DNA of 58,407 nucleotides from an uncultured Chloroflexota bacterium. GTDB taxonomy: Bacteria; Chloroflexota; Limnocylindria; Limnocylindrales; Limnocylindraceae. A program made the translations under genes and the position numbers. Shown here piece by piece: positions 8,309 to 17,773 of the stretch (position 1 is the stretch's first letter; each line of letters begins with the position of its first letter). The DNA is taken from the NCBI GenBank assembly GCA_903864185.1, contig CAIPEX010000009.1, positions 110,281-168,687 of the forward strand, given 5' to 3'. The notes beneath the pieces are model-generated. The model was not told the origin of the DNA and made no database searches. It saw nothing but the letters and a program-made list of their open reading frames with translations.

Positions 8309-10621
8309 CTAGAGCAACGCGATCGTCACGCCATCTCGGCCCGGGGCATCTGCGTCACGAACCTCTCGAACCTCGCGCATCTCGCGCAGGCGCTTCCTCA
8401 CTGCATCGCGCAGCGCACCCGTTCCGACGCCATGGACGATCTCTAGTCGTTCGCCACCAGCGAGCAGGAGCGCGTCGATGCGCGACTCAAGCGCAGCGAG
8501 GGCATCCTCCACACGCGCGCCACGAAGGTCGAGCGTCGCGGCAATTGGCTCTCGCAGGACTGGCCGGACAAGTTGCGACTCACGCGTGGCGCGCTGGAGC
8601 ACGCGTTCAACCTCACCAATGTGCACCTCTGTGTGCATCGAGCCGAATGCAAGGGTGACGCGATCGCCGTTCACGGCGAGGATCCTTCCTTGCTGACCAG
8701 AGCGCACAACGATAAGGTCGCCAAGAGACGGCTCAAGCCTCTCCTGCGCCGCCTTGGTGCCCCCCGCCTCTGGCTCTGCAACCTGCACGGCGAGGTCCTC
8801 AAGGCCGCGCTGCACCGCTTCGGCACGGTCTGCAAGCTCAGGCGTGAGACTCCCTCCTACCAGCGCCTCGCGCAGGCGTGCAACGCGCTCCAGGAGGTCG
8901 CCTGCCTCTCTCCGCGCCTCGTCTGTGGCGGTGCTGAGCGCCGTACGGCGCTCCTGCACCGCAACGCGGAGCTCCTCCTCTGCTCGCTGGAGCAGGCGCG
9001 TAGCCGTCACCTCAGCCGTCTCCGCAGACTGGCGTGCGACGGCAGCGGCCGCGAGCGATGCGTCAAGCGCCGCCCCCTGGTCTGTGCGTCGCTCCTGCGC
9101 GGCGGTGAGGAGGCTCTCGGGGAGGCCAAGATGCTGCGCAATGGCAAAGGCCTGCGAGCCGCCGGGGATGCCAACGGTGAGCCGGTATGTCGGGCGGAGT
9201 GTCCGTAGGTCAAACTCAACGGCACCGTTCTGAACCCCAGGGGTCACATGTGCGTACTGCTTGAGCTCTGCGTAGTGGCTTGTTGCGAGGAGGCGCATGC
9301 CTCGAGCGCGGAAGTCGTCGATGATTGCAGCCGCGAGCGCCGCCCCCTCCGCTGGGTCGGTGCCTGCACCAGCCTCGTCGAGAAGGACGAGGTCTCCTGG
9401 CTGCGCAAGTGCGTGGATGCGCAAGATTGCCGTTAAGTGCCCTGAGAATGTACTGAGACTCTGGGCGATCGATTGATCGTCGCCAATGTCCGCCCAAACG
9501 CTGCCAGTTTGCGGGAGCGCACTCCCCTTCTCTGCAGGAAGAGGGAGGCCTGCGTGATGCATCGCAGTGAGGATGCCGACCGTCTTGAGCGCAACGGTCT
9601 TACCACCTGTGTTCGGTCCGGTAATGAGAAGCACGCGATCGTCTGCAGTAAGGTCGAGGTTCATTGGCACCGCCGTCTCTCCGAGCAGCGGGTGACGTGC
9701 CGCCTTGAGGGCGATCTCACCGCTCGTTGCGCTAGCAGCAAAGTTCCAGTCGCGCGTCGCCGCAGTGCGAAGGATTGCAAGCCCGGCGTCAAGCTCCGTC
9801 AGTAGTGCCAGGTTGCTGCGGAGCGGCGCTGCTGCACTCGCAACGCGGTCGGTCAGGATGCCGAAGATGCGCGCCACCTCTGCCGCAACGGCTGCCTCTG
9901 CCTCGCGTGCAGCATTACCAAGTTCGACCACTTCAAGCGGCTCAATCCACACTGTCTGGCCGGTTGCGCTCGCATCGTGGACGATTCCTGGAACACGCGA
10001 CTTTGACTCTGCACGCACGGGCAGCACATAGCGGCCGTTGCGCATTGTGACGATCGGCTCTTGAAGATACGGGCTGTACGCTTTTGCATGCGCAAGGGTC
10101 TCCAACCGTTCACGGAGTCGCTCAAAGCTACTACGCTGGTGTGCGCGGAGCCCGCCGAGCAGTGGTGACGCTACGTCACTCAGCGTCCCGTCCGGCTCTA
10201 CGGCGCGCTCCAACTCCCCGCGCAGGCTGCGCTCGAGACTCAGGCGTGCCCCGAGATCGGTAAGTGTTGGGCCGGCTGCAGTCAGGGCCCCCTTCACTCG
10301 CTCAACGACGCGGAGTGTCTCTGCAACGGCAAAGAGTGCCCCGCCATCAAGGACACCACCCTTTGATGCGCGCTCCAACGCTTCACGCAAGTCGGCAGCC
10401 CCGCCAATATGGGGGTCTGCACCCGTGCGCACATGCAGCGAGAGCTCTTCTACAAGGAGGCGTCGGCGCGCTGCTGCAGGGTCACCTGCCGCTGGCATGA
10501 TTGCCGCAATCTCTTCGCGCGACGGAGCGAAGGAGCACGCGGCGATCACGAAGGCAAGCACCTCGCCCCAACCTAGCCGGTCAAGCGATGCCTTGTCGTA
10601 ATAGCGGAGTGTCACTGCCAT
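8309..10621 (-). CDS. mutS2: endonuclease MutS2 (MutS ATPase domain plus C-terminal Smr domain)
   Basis: Walker A GPNTGGKT, DEAGAGTDP, and a C-terminal Smr segment LDLRGARVEDAL...IVHGVGTGALR. The start is set at the ATG at 10621 (MAVTLRYYDK), 1 nt after the cvpA stop. The longer ORF to 11038 overlaps cvpA out of frame. Confidence 0.9.
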   Translation of the reverse strand: MAVTLRYYDKASLDRLGWGEVLAFVIAACSFAPSREEIAAIMPAAGDPAAARRRLLVEELSLHVRTGADPHIGGAADLREALERASKGGVLDGGALFAVAETLRVVERVKGALTAAGPTLTDLGARLSLERSLRGELERAVEPDGTLSDVASPLLGGLRAHQRSSFERLRERLETLAHAKAYSPYLQEPIVTMRNGRYVLPVRAESKSRVPGIVHDASATGQTVWIEPLEVVELGNAAREAEAAVAAEVARIFGILTDRVASAAAPLRSNLALLTELDAGLAILRTAATRDWNFAASATSGEIALKAARHPLLGETAVPMNLDLTADDRVLLITGPNTGGKTVALKTVGILTAMHHAGLPLPAEKGSALPQTGSVWADIGDDQSIAQSLSTFSGHLTAILRIHALAQPGDLVLLDEAGAGTDPAEGAALAAAIIDDFRARGMRLLATSHYAELKQYAHVTPGVQNGAVEFDLRTLRPTYRLTVGIPGGSQAFAIAQHLGLPESLLTAAQERRTDQGAALDASLAAAAVARQSAETAEVTATRLLQRAEEELRVAVQERRTALSTATDEARREAGDLLERVARLREALVGGSLTPELADRAEAVQRGLEDLAVQVAEPEAGGTKAAQERLEPSLGDLIVVRSGQQGRILAVNGDRVTLAFGSMHTEVHIGEVERVLQRATRESQLVRPVLREPIAATLDLRGARVEDALAALESRIDALLLAGGERLEIVHGVGTGALRDAVRKRLREMREVREVRDADAPGRDGVTIALL

Positions 10622-10622
10622 T

Positions 10623-11174
10623 TTATGGGGTAAGGATTGCGCGCAGTGCGTCAGGGAGACTCGCACCGAAGAACTGGTCAACGAGTGGGAAGAGCGCACT
10701 GCGCACGATGCTGGCCGACGCAGAGTCGCGGATCCCTGCCGCTGCTGTTCCAGCAACGTCGGGCAGTGTAACGGCGAAGCGCTGCGCAAGGTCAACGAGG
10801 AAGACGCCGCATGCCAGAAGGAGTCCGCACTGGAGGACGCCGAGTAGCGCCCCAAAGAGGCTATCGATAAGCCCGAACCCGAGTGCCCGCAAGAGTGATT
10901 GGGCAATCCGACCGAGTAGCCATGCCACAAGTGCGAGAAGGATCCAGGTCGCACCGATAAACACCACTGCATCAATGAGGGCAGGAGGGACGGTCGGGAA
11001 AAGAGCCGCAACCTGATCGGTGATGAACGCGTGCCCAACAGATGAGAGGTAGATGCTAAAGAGCAGCGCTAAGGTGGAGATCAGTGTTCGCGCAGCACCA
11101 CGCCGCCAGCCGCTTGCTGCAAAGATGAGACAGAGCACGAGCGCGACGAGATCCGCGAGGAGTGTCGCGTTCAC
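10623..11174 (-). CDS. cvpA: CvpA family membrane protein
   Basis: 183 aa with 4 predicted TM helices and a CvpA-like N-terminus (DLVALVLCLIFAASGWRRG). It sits between pheT and mutS2, as does the Bacillus cvpA homologue yshB. The GTG start overlaps the pheT TGA (GTGA). Confidence 0.6.
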   Translation of the reverse strand: MNATLLADLVALVLCLIFAASGWRRGAARTLISTLALLFSIYLSSVGHAFITDQVAALFPTVPPALIDAVVFIGATWILLALVAWLLGRIAQSLLRALGFGLIDSLFGALLGVLQCGLLLACGVFLVDLAQRFAVTLPDVAGTAAAGIRDSASASIVRSALFPLVDQFFGASLPDALRAILTP

Positions 11175-13645
11175 GCCCTCTCGTCTCCGCGTCGACGCGC
11201 CTTCAGACGCTTCTCTGCGGTTGCAGAGAACGAGGTCAGGGCCGCGTCGGCACCAGCATCGTCTCCAGGAATGCTCGGTTGGAAGGTAAAGCGGAGTCCT
11301 GCGGAATACTCGCTGGCGGCAAGGGTTCCCCCGGCGAACAGGTCGAAGAGCTCAATGCGTACCGCCTCGCTAACCGATTCCCGCGCGAGAGTGACAAGTT
11401 CACCTACGGGCACCTGCTTGGGAAGGGCAAACGCGATATCGCGGGTGATCGGTGGAGTCGCAGGAGGGAGGACCGCCTGAGCAATCAATCGCCCACCTGC
11501 AGTGAGTCCTGCCACTGCGATTTCTGCAAGGAGGAGGCGCGGTGTCTCCTGCCACTCAGCTGCACCTGGGTGCAACTCGCCGATGAGCCCAGCAATCTTT
11601 TCGCCGCGCACATGCGCCGAACGACCAGGGTGGAGCAGGCCAGTTGCCGGAGCAGGCGCATAGTCCACCTGGCCGCCAACCGCCTCGGCGAGTGTTGCAA
11701 CGAGACGTTTCATCTCCGCGAGGTTCCAGGTTCGCGCCGCGCTGCTCGCCTCGGGGCCCTCAACCTCGCCCCATGTGGCGAGGGCGAGCCGTGTCCACTC
11801 GTGCACAGAACCGTCATGCGTTGCATAACCGCGCCCGATCTCGAAGAGGGCGCCACTCGTTGCGCCATAGCGCTGGTTTGCGGCAACGCGGTCGACGAGG
11901 CTCGGGAGGAGGCTGAGGCGGAGATGATCGTGGTCAAGCGAGAGTGGGTTAAGGAGCTGCAGTGGGGCGCCCGCTGCTGCCCCTTCGGTCTGGGCGAGGA
12001 GCCCTCCCACAAGGCCGTCTGGCTCACGGTGGCGCGCGAGCATGTCTGGAGCCACCAGAGCGTGCGTGACGAGTTCCTGGAGCCCCTGGGCCGCCAGGAG
12101 TGCCCGAAGGGCGTCGCGGAGGGCGGTGGGCTGCTCCCGGCGCGCCGGGAGGTCAGCAGACGGGATAGTAGCTGCGAGGCGGTCATACCCGTAGAGACGC
12201 GCGAGCTCCTCAATGGCATCCACCTCAAACTCGAGGTCGCGACGCCATCCGGGCACTTCGAACCCGACCGCCTCGCCCGCCACAGCGTGCGCCACGCGCC
12301 CTGTCGCGATTTGAATATCCGTCTTTGTCGTTGTTCGCTGTGCAGTAATGCCAATTCGGTTCAGCAGCTCAAGCTGTGTAGCCTCAGGAATCTCCACTCC
12401 GATGAGGCGCGCTGCTCGTGCGGGACGGTAAGTCAGCTGTCGTGCGGCAGGCGGTGTTGGCGCGCTGTCGAGGCAGCCCTTCTGCACGGCGCCGCCTGCC
12501 CATGATGCGATCAGGGCGGCAACCTCGTCGACGCCAGTTCGAGCAAGGCTCCACTCTTGTCCGCGCTCAAAACGGTGTGATGCCTCGGAACGGAGGCTGT
12601 GACGCTGTGCCGAGCGGCGCACACGGTCGGGCGCGAAGATAGCGCTCTCAATCGCGACCGTGCTGGTGGACGGGCCGACCTCACTCGACGCACCACCCAT
12701 GACGCCGGCAAGCGCGAGCGCGTGCTGCTCATCGGCAACCACCAGGTCGGCGGCATCGAGGGAGCGCTGTACGTGGTCGAGCGTCTCGAGTGACTCGCCC
12801 TTCTTAGCGTTGCGAATTTCGATCGTTGTGCCGACCTTTGATCGATCGAATGCGTGCGTCGGCTTGCCGAGCTCGAGCATGATGTAGTTCGTCGCATCTA
12901 CAACGTTTGAGATTGAACGTAGCCCTGCGGCCTTCAGTCGCATTTGAACTGCATCAGGCGACGGGCCGACGCGAACCGAGTCGACGACTCGAAGCACGGC
13001 TCGTGGCGTCTGTTCAGCATCAGCCACGCGCAATGCGAGTCCCTGTGCAATTTCGACTGCAGATTCCACAAGCGGGCGGCGCACCTCACGCAACGGCGCA
13101 CCAGTGATGCCAGCAACCTCACGGGCGAGCCCACGAATCGAGAGGAGGTCGCCACGATTCGGCTTCACGTCGATGTCAATCACATCTTCACCAAGGAGAT
13201 CGACAAGCCGCGTGCCAATCGGCGCCTTGGCGTCAAGGATGAGGATCCCGTCACCATCGTCTGTTGCATTCAACTCGCTCCCAGAGCAGAGCATCCCTTC
13301 TGAGGTGACGCCCATCTTCTCGGCGCGTTCAATGAGTCGTCCATCAGGCATCACTGAGCCGACAAGGGCAACGGGAACGCGCTGGCCGGGTGCAATGTTC
13401 TTTGCGCCGCAGACCACGCTGAGCGTCTCCTTGTCAGAAATACGAACCTTTGTGAGCTGCAACCGATCGGCGCGTGGGTGTGGACCAACCTCGAGCAGTT
13501 CGCCTACGACGAACGTGCTCCAGTCCGCGCCCCATCGCTCCAAGCCTCGAACTTCAAGGCCGCGCATCATGAGCGCGTCCGCAAGCTGTTCGTTTGACAA
13601 CTCAATGTCAACAAATTCGCGCAGCCAGGAGAGTGGCACCCTCAT
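11171..13645 (-). CDS. pheT: phenylalanine--tRNA ligase beta subunit
   Basis: 824 aa with N-terminus MRVPLSWLREFV, a tRNA-binding OB domain, and B3/4, B5 and FDX-ACB-like C-terminal regions. ATGA overlap with pheS. Confidence 0.95.
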   Translation of the reverse strand: MRVPLSWLREFVDIELSNEQLADALMMRGLEVRGLERWGADWSTFVVGELLEVGPHPRADRLQLTKVRISDKETLSVVCGAKNIAPGQRVPVALVGSVMPDGRLIERAEKMGVTSEGMLCSGSELNATDDGDGILILDAKAPIGTRLVDLLGEDVIDIDVKPNRGDLLSIRGLAREVAGITGAPLREVRRPLVESAVEIAQGLALRVADAEQTPRAVLRVVDSVRVGPSPDAVQMRLKAAGLRSISNVVDATNYIMLELGKPTHAFDRSKVGTTIEIRNAKKGESLETLDHVQRSLDAADLVVADEQHALALAGVMGGASSEVGPSTSTVAIESAIFAPDRVRRSAQRHSLRSEASHRFERGQEWSLARTGVDEVAALIASWAGGAVQKGCLDSAPTPPAARQLTYRPARAARLIGVEIPEATQLELLNRIGITAQRTTTKTDIQIATGRVAHAVAGEAVGFEVPGWRRDLEFEVDAIEELARLYGYDRLAATIPSADLPARREQPTALRDALRALLAAQGLQELVTHALVAPDMLARHREPDGLVGGLLAQTEGAAAGAPLQLLNPLSLDHDHLRLSLLPSLVDRVAANQRYGATSGALFEIGRGYATHDGSVHEWTRLALATWGEVEGPEASSAARTWNLAEMKRLVATLAEAVGGQVDYAPAPATGLLHPGRSAHVRGEKIAGLIGELHPGAAEWQETPRLLLAEIAVAGLTAGGRLIAQAVLPPATPPITRDIAFALPKQVPVGELVTLARESVSEAVRIELFDLFAGGTLAASEYSAGLRFTFQPSIPGDDAGADAALTSFSATAEKRLKARRRGDERA

Positions 13646-14655
13646 CTCATGCTCCTGAGGAATCTCGTGTCGTTCTCCAGGAAGGCGCGCAGGTCTGGAA
13701 TGCCGTGGCGCAGCATGGCGATTCGCTCAACTCCAAGTCCAAAGGCAAACCCCTGGTGCGTTTCGGGGTCGATGCCGCCATTGGCGAGCACGGTCGGGTG
13801 CACCATCCCTGCGCCAAGGATCGTCATCCAACCCTCTTTTGATCCTGCCCAGCGAACATCGACGGCCACGGATGGCTCAGTGAACGGGTAGTAGCCTGGT
13901 CGAAATCGCGTCTCGGTTGCCGCACCGAAAAGGCCACGTGCGAGCTCGCTCAAGATTCCCTTGAGGTCGCTCAGTGTTGTCGTCGTGTCGACGAGCAGAC
14001 CCTCAACCTGATGGAACTCGAACCCGTGACTCGCGTCGACCGCCTCGTAGCGGAAGCAGCGCCCCGGCAAGATCACGCGAATCGGCGGTGGAGTTGTGCG
14101 CATGACATGGATCTGCCCTGGCGATGTATGCGTGCGAAGGAGGCGCCCTGGCTCGCGCAGATAGAGCGTGTCCCAAAGGTCGCGCGACGGATGGTCTTCG
14201 GGAATGTTGAGCAGCTGGAAGTTCACAACGTCATCTTCGACCTCGCGCGTCTCCACGATGCTGAAGCCGAAGCTCGACATGATCTCGGCAATTGCACGGA
14301 TCGTCTCAGGGATCGGGTGCAGGGAGCCAGAGCGAGGTCGGGGTGCTGGAGCGGTCGGGTCGATCGTCTCTGCGGTAATCCGGAGTGCGAGCTCTTCAAC
14401 CGCTACGACTGATCTTCGTGCCGTTAGCAGTGACTCTATCGCAGCACGAACCTCGTTCGCCGTTGCGCCAATCTTCGGGCGATCTGCTGGAGGCAGCTCA
14501 CCGATCCCTCGAAGGACGTCGGTAATTGCACCGCGCTTTCCGAGGAGCGACGAGCCAAGTTCATCGAGCGCGGTGAGGTCGGTGCATGCAGTGATGCGCG
14601 ATGCAGCGTCGCCTTGGAGAGTGCGAAGTTGGGATTCGAGCGCGGCGAGGTCCAC
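13642..14655 (-). CDS. pheS: phenylalanine--tRNA ligase alpha subunit
   Basis: Class II core motifs (HPSRDLWDTLY, LRTHTSPGQI, GAGMVHP, AFGLGVERIAML). Confidence 0.95.
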   Translation of the reverse strand: MDLAALESQLRTLQGDAASRITACTDLTALDELGSSLLGKRGAITDVLRGIGELPPADRPKIGATANEVRAAIESLLTARRSVVAVEELALRITAETIDPTAPAPRPRSGSLHPIPETIRAIAEIMSSFGFSIVETREVEDDVVNFQLLNIPEDHPSRDLWDTLYLREPGRLLRTHTSPGQIHVMRTTPPPIRVILPGRCFRYEAVDASHGFEFHQVEGLLVDTTTTLSDLKGILSELARGLFGAATETRFRPGYYPFTEPSVAVDVRWAGSKEGWMTILGAGMVHPTVLANGGIDPETHQGFAFGLGVERIAMLRHGIPDLRAFLENDTRFLRSMR

Positions 14656-14673
14656 GGCCTCGGTCCGCTTCGG

Positions 14674-15024
14674 TCAGGCGCGCTTCGCTACGTCCGCGAC
14701 AGCGCTGAACGCTACCGCGTCACGCACTGCGAGATCGGCGAGGATCTTCCGATCGATCGCGACACTATTGCGCTTCAACCCGGCGACGAAGACCGAATAG
14801 GAGACGCCATTCAGGCGGGCAGCCGCATTGATGCGGTGGATCCAGAGCTCGCGCATCTGGCGCTTGCGCTGCTGGCGGTCACGGGTTGCATAGGCAAGTG
14901 CGTGAAGCAGGGCCTCACGCGCAGGTCGAATCAGCTTGGAGCGGGTGCCACGTCGACCCGCTGCATCCTGCAGCAGGCGCTTGTGCCGCTTGTGTCCTGC
15001 TACGCCGCGCTTAACTCGTGCCAT
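14674..15024 (-). CDS. rplT: 50S ribosomal protein L20
   Basis: [19 protein letters not shown]-terminus, 116 aa, in the infC-rpmI-rplT order. Confidence 0.95.
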   Translation of the reverse strand: MARVKRGVAGHKRHKRLLQDAAGRRGTRSKLIRPAREALLHALAYATRDRQQRKRQMRELWIHRINAAARLNGVSYSVFVAGLKRNSVAIDRKILADLAVRDAVAFSAVADVAKRA

Positions 15025-15047
15025 CGTCTACTCCTCGTCTCTCTCGC

Positions 15048-15248
15048 TTAGCCGCCGTACGGCAGGAGTCGCGAGATTTGGTTGTGGTGGGTTCGTCCGA
15101 GAACGGCCTTGCCTGCATATCGTCGAATACGACGCGACGACTTGATCTCAAGGTGATGGCCGCGCCAAGAGAGCACGCGCACTGGCTTTCCAGTCCCCGT
15201 GAAGCCGATTCGCTTCTGCGCTCCCTTATGCGTCTTCATCTTTGGCAT
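15048..15248 (-). CDS. rpmI: 50S ribosomal protein L35
   Basis: MPKMKTHKGAQKR N-terminus, 66 aa. Confidence 0.95.
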   Translation of the reverse strand: MPKMKTHKGAQKRIGFTGTGKPVRVLSWRGHHLEIKSSRRIRRYAGKAVLGRTHHNQISRLLPYGG

Positions 15249-15249
15249 C

Positions 15250-15819
15250 TCAGTCCCCCTTTGCAGCCGTGGCGGCTTCAGCCTCCCCAGTCGGGGCAGG
15301 CCGGCTCTTTCCTTGGGGTAATGCTAGCAGTTGGATCGAGAGGAAGCGTCCCTCGAGGAGTGGGGGGCGCTCAAGCTGGGCAACCTCGGCTAGGCCCTGC
15401 ACGACCCGCATGAGGATCCCCTGCCCGATCTCGGGGTGTGTCATCTCGCGGCCGCGGAACTTGACGGAGAACTTCACCCGGTCGCCAGTGGTCAAGAACT
15501 TGTGCGCCTGGCGGATCTTGGTCTGAAGGTCGGCGTCCCCGATCTTTGGGGTACAGCGCAACTCCTTCAGATCTGCCGTCTTCTGGCGGCGGCGGGCATC
15601 CTTCTCTTTCTTCTGGATCTCGTACTTGTACTGGCCGTAGTTGATGTATTTGCAGACGGGGGGCACAGAGGTTGGAGCAACCTCAACGAGGTCGAGGCCG
15701 CGCTCCATTGCCTGTCGTAGGGCCTCCTGCGTGGGGAGCACGCCAAGCTGGTTCCCCTCGTCATCCAGCACCCGCACCTGTGGGACACGGATCTGATGGT
15801 TAATTCGCAGGTCCTTAAT
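15250..15819 (-). CDS. infC: translation initiation factor IF-3, starting at an AUU codon
   Basis: The listed ORF begins at an internal GTG (15777). The conserved N-terminus (I)KDLRINHQIRVPQVRVLDDEGNQ continues upstream to ATT at 15819-15817, one codon after an in-frame TGA. GAGGGTG lies 6 nt upstream of the ATT. Confidence 0.88.
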   Translation of the reverse strand: MKDLRINHQIRVPQVRVLDDEGNQLGVLPTQEALRQAMERGLDLVEVAPTSVPPVCKYINYGQYKYEIQKKEKDARRRQKTADLKELRCTPKIGDADLQTKIRQAHKFLTTGDRVKFSVKFRGREMTHPEIGQGILMRVVQGLAEVAQLERPPLLEGRFLSIQLLALPQGKSRPAPTGEAEAATAAKGD

Positions 15820-15848
15820 CGGTCACACCCTCACGATCATGTGCGCTT

Positions 15849-15905
15849 GCCGGAGGCGTTCCGGCGACGAGGAAAAAGCGTAGCACGTTGCTGGATCAGG
15901 GGCAA
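15849..15905 (-). promoter_or_regulatory. putative infC promoter (TTGCCC-17 nt-TGcTACGCT) and leader hairpin
   Basis: On the minus strand, -35 TTGCCC (15905-15900), a 17-nt spacer ending in TGc, and -10 TACGCT (15882-15877). Downstream is the hairpin GCCGGA-acgcc-TCCGGC (15865-15849), then the SD and ATT. Prediction only. Confidence 0.35.
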
Positions 15906-15909
15906 CGCG

Positions 15910-17747
15910 CTAGACCGCACGGGCGTCAATCTTCTCTTTCAGGCTGCTCGTGATTGCGCTCCAACTACTTATCGGCTCTTGGGTTCCGTCACGCCAGCGA
16001 GGTGCGGCGCCCCCCGCCTCTGCCTCTTTATCGCCAACGACGAGCATGAGGGGGATCTTTTGCTCTTGGGCAAGGCGAATCTTGTTCTGCATTCGATTGG
16101 ACGACTGATCGATGCTCGCCCGGATCCCGGCAGCCTTCAGGACTGCAAGCCCTGCAGCTGCTGCATCAAGATGGCGATCGGTGATCGGGATGATGACCAC
16201 CTGCTCTGGCGCAAGCCAGAGTGGGAACGCACCAGCAAAATGCTCAACAAGAATCCCGATGAAGCGCTCAAGCGACCCGTAGATCGCACGATGAATCGCA
16301 ATCGGGCGCACCCGTGCTCCCGACTCATCGACATATTCAAGGTCGAAACGTTCGGGCAACATCGCGAGGTCAATCTGGATCGTTGCGGTCTGCCACTCAC
16401 GGCCAAGTGCGTCGCGTACGAGGATGTCGATCTTCGGCGCATAGAAGGCACCATCGCCAGCGTTCAATCGCCAGGTCGCCCCAGAGCGCTTCAGCGCTGC
16501 CTCGATCATGCTCTCGGCCTTCTCCCAGAGCGCCGGGTCGCCAAGCGCCTTGGCAGGCTTCGTCGAGAAGACGAGTTCGACCGGGAGGCCAAACCAGGAG
16601 TAGACCTCACGCACCTCTTCGAGGAGCGCGTCAACCTCGCTTTCGATCTGATCGGGTCGAACATAGATGTGGCCGTCGTCCTGGATGAAGTGGCGCACGC
16701 GCGTCAATCCACTGAGCGTCCCTGAGAGCTCGTTGCGGTGGAGGCGCCCAAATTCTGAAAGGCGAAGTGGAGGTCGCGATAGCTGCGAGTCTGGGTCCGA
16801 TAGATGACGGTGCTCTCTGGGCAGTTCATCGGCTTAAGGCTGTACTCCTCCCCCTCCGACTCAATGATGAACATGTTGTCGCGGTAGAGATCCCAGTGGC
16901 CAGACTGCTCCCAGAGTTGCTTGCTTACGACGATCGGTGTTGACACCTCCTGGTAGCCGCGGCGCTCTTGCATCTCGCGCATCGCTGTCTCAAGGGTGCG
17001 CCAGAGGCGCTGCCCCTTCGGATGCCAGAAGGCGCTGCCGGGTGAGACGTCGTGGAAAGAGAACAGATCGAGTGCGACGCCGAGCTTACGGTGGTCCCGC
17101 TTGCGGGCTTCATCGCGACGCCAGAGATACTGCTCGAGTTGCTCTTTTGTCTCCCATGCAGTTCCATAGATGCGCTGGAGCATCGGACGGTCGCTCTTCC
17201 CACGCCAGTAGGCACCAGCAACGGAGAGCAGCTTGAATGCCCCAATCTTTCCCGTGCTCTCAACGTGTGGTCCGCGACAGAGATCTTCGAAATCGCCGTG
17301 GCGATAGGTGGTGACGTTCGGCGCAGTTTCTCCGTTCGCAACTGCTTTTGCAGCAAGATCGTCCATGATCTCAACCTTGAACGGTTGATCAAACGCGACG
17401 AGAGCGGCGCGAGCATCAGCAAATGTGTGCTCTGCCAACTTAAATACATGATTGGCGGCAATGCTCTTCGCCATCTCAGCCTCAATAGCGGCGAGATCGT
17501 CTGGGGTGAGGGCTCGGTCGAGAAGAACGTCGTAGTAGAAGCCGTCAGTGATTGCTGGGCCGATGCCAAGCTTTGCGCCAGGGAAGAGGCGCATGATCGC
17601 CTCTGCCATCACATGCGCAGTTGAGTGCCGCATCCGGCCGAGGAGATCCGAAGCGCCAGCATCGAGCAGCTCCTCAGCGGAGCCGCGCGCGGGAGCGTCG
17701 AGGTGTTCAACCTCCTCCTGCGCGACCAGCGTCTCCTCGTCTGCCAT
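15910..17747 (-). pseudogene. thrS: threonine--tRNA ligase, split as assembled into two ORFs by a 1-nt frameshift near 16769-16775
   Basis: The N-terminal ORF (17747 to 16704) carries the editing domain (HSTAH) and runs to ...NCPESTVIYRTQTRSYRDL. The C-terminal ORF (frame open from about 16780 to 15910) continues PLRLSEFGRLHRNELSGTLSGLTRVRHFIQDDGHIY plus the anticodon-binding domain. The start is set at the ATG at 17747 with an AAGGAG SD, because the longer ORF runs into tRNA-Val. There is no N-terminal TGS domain. Confidence 0.9.
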
Positions 17748-17773
17748 CCTCGCGGCTCCTTCCCCTCGGTGCC

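Noticed and set aside
10622-11038. A 139-codon upstream extension of the mutS2 ORF. Similar extensions occur on typA (53502-53639), nadK (39238-39393), the TIGR01906-like gene (27661-27774) and plsC (32216-32275).
   Set aside because: The extensions overlap the upstream genes out of frame and show no homology-like content. Downstream starts coincide with conserved protein N-termini and with NTGA junctions or SDs.
11162-12505. A 447-aa ORF on the plus strand, antisense to pheT. Similar long shadow ORFs occur at 26128-27327, 30113-31189, 15796-16725, 2008-2796 and 53305-53544.
   Set aside because: They lie entirely inside well-supported genes on the other strand. Their translations are Arg/Ser/Cys/Pro-rich low-complexity sequences with no recognisable motifs. 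Long antisense ORFs are expected in high-GC DNA because stop codons are AT-rich.
16765-16780. Programmed -1 ribosomal frameshifting as the explanation for the thrS (and mnmA) split.
   Set aside because: There is no slippery heptamer (X XXY YYZ) or obvious downstream stimulatory structure, and no precedent for recoding in these genes. An indel in a short homopolymer or dinucleotide run is the simpler explanation. It is kept only as a remote alternative in the findings.
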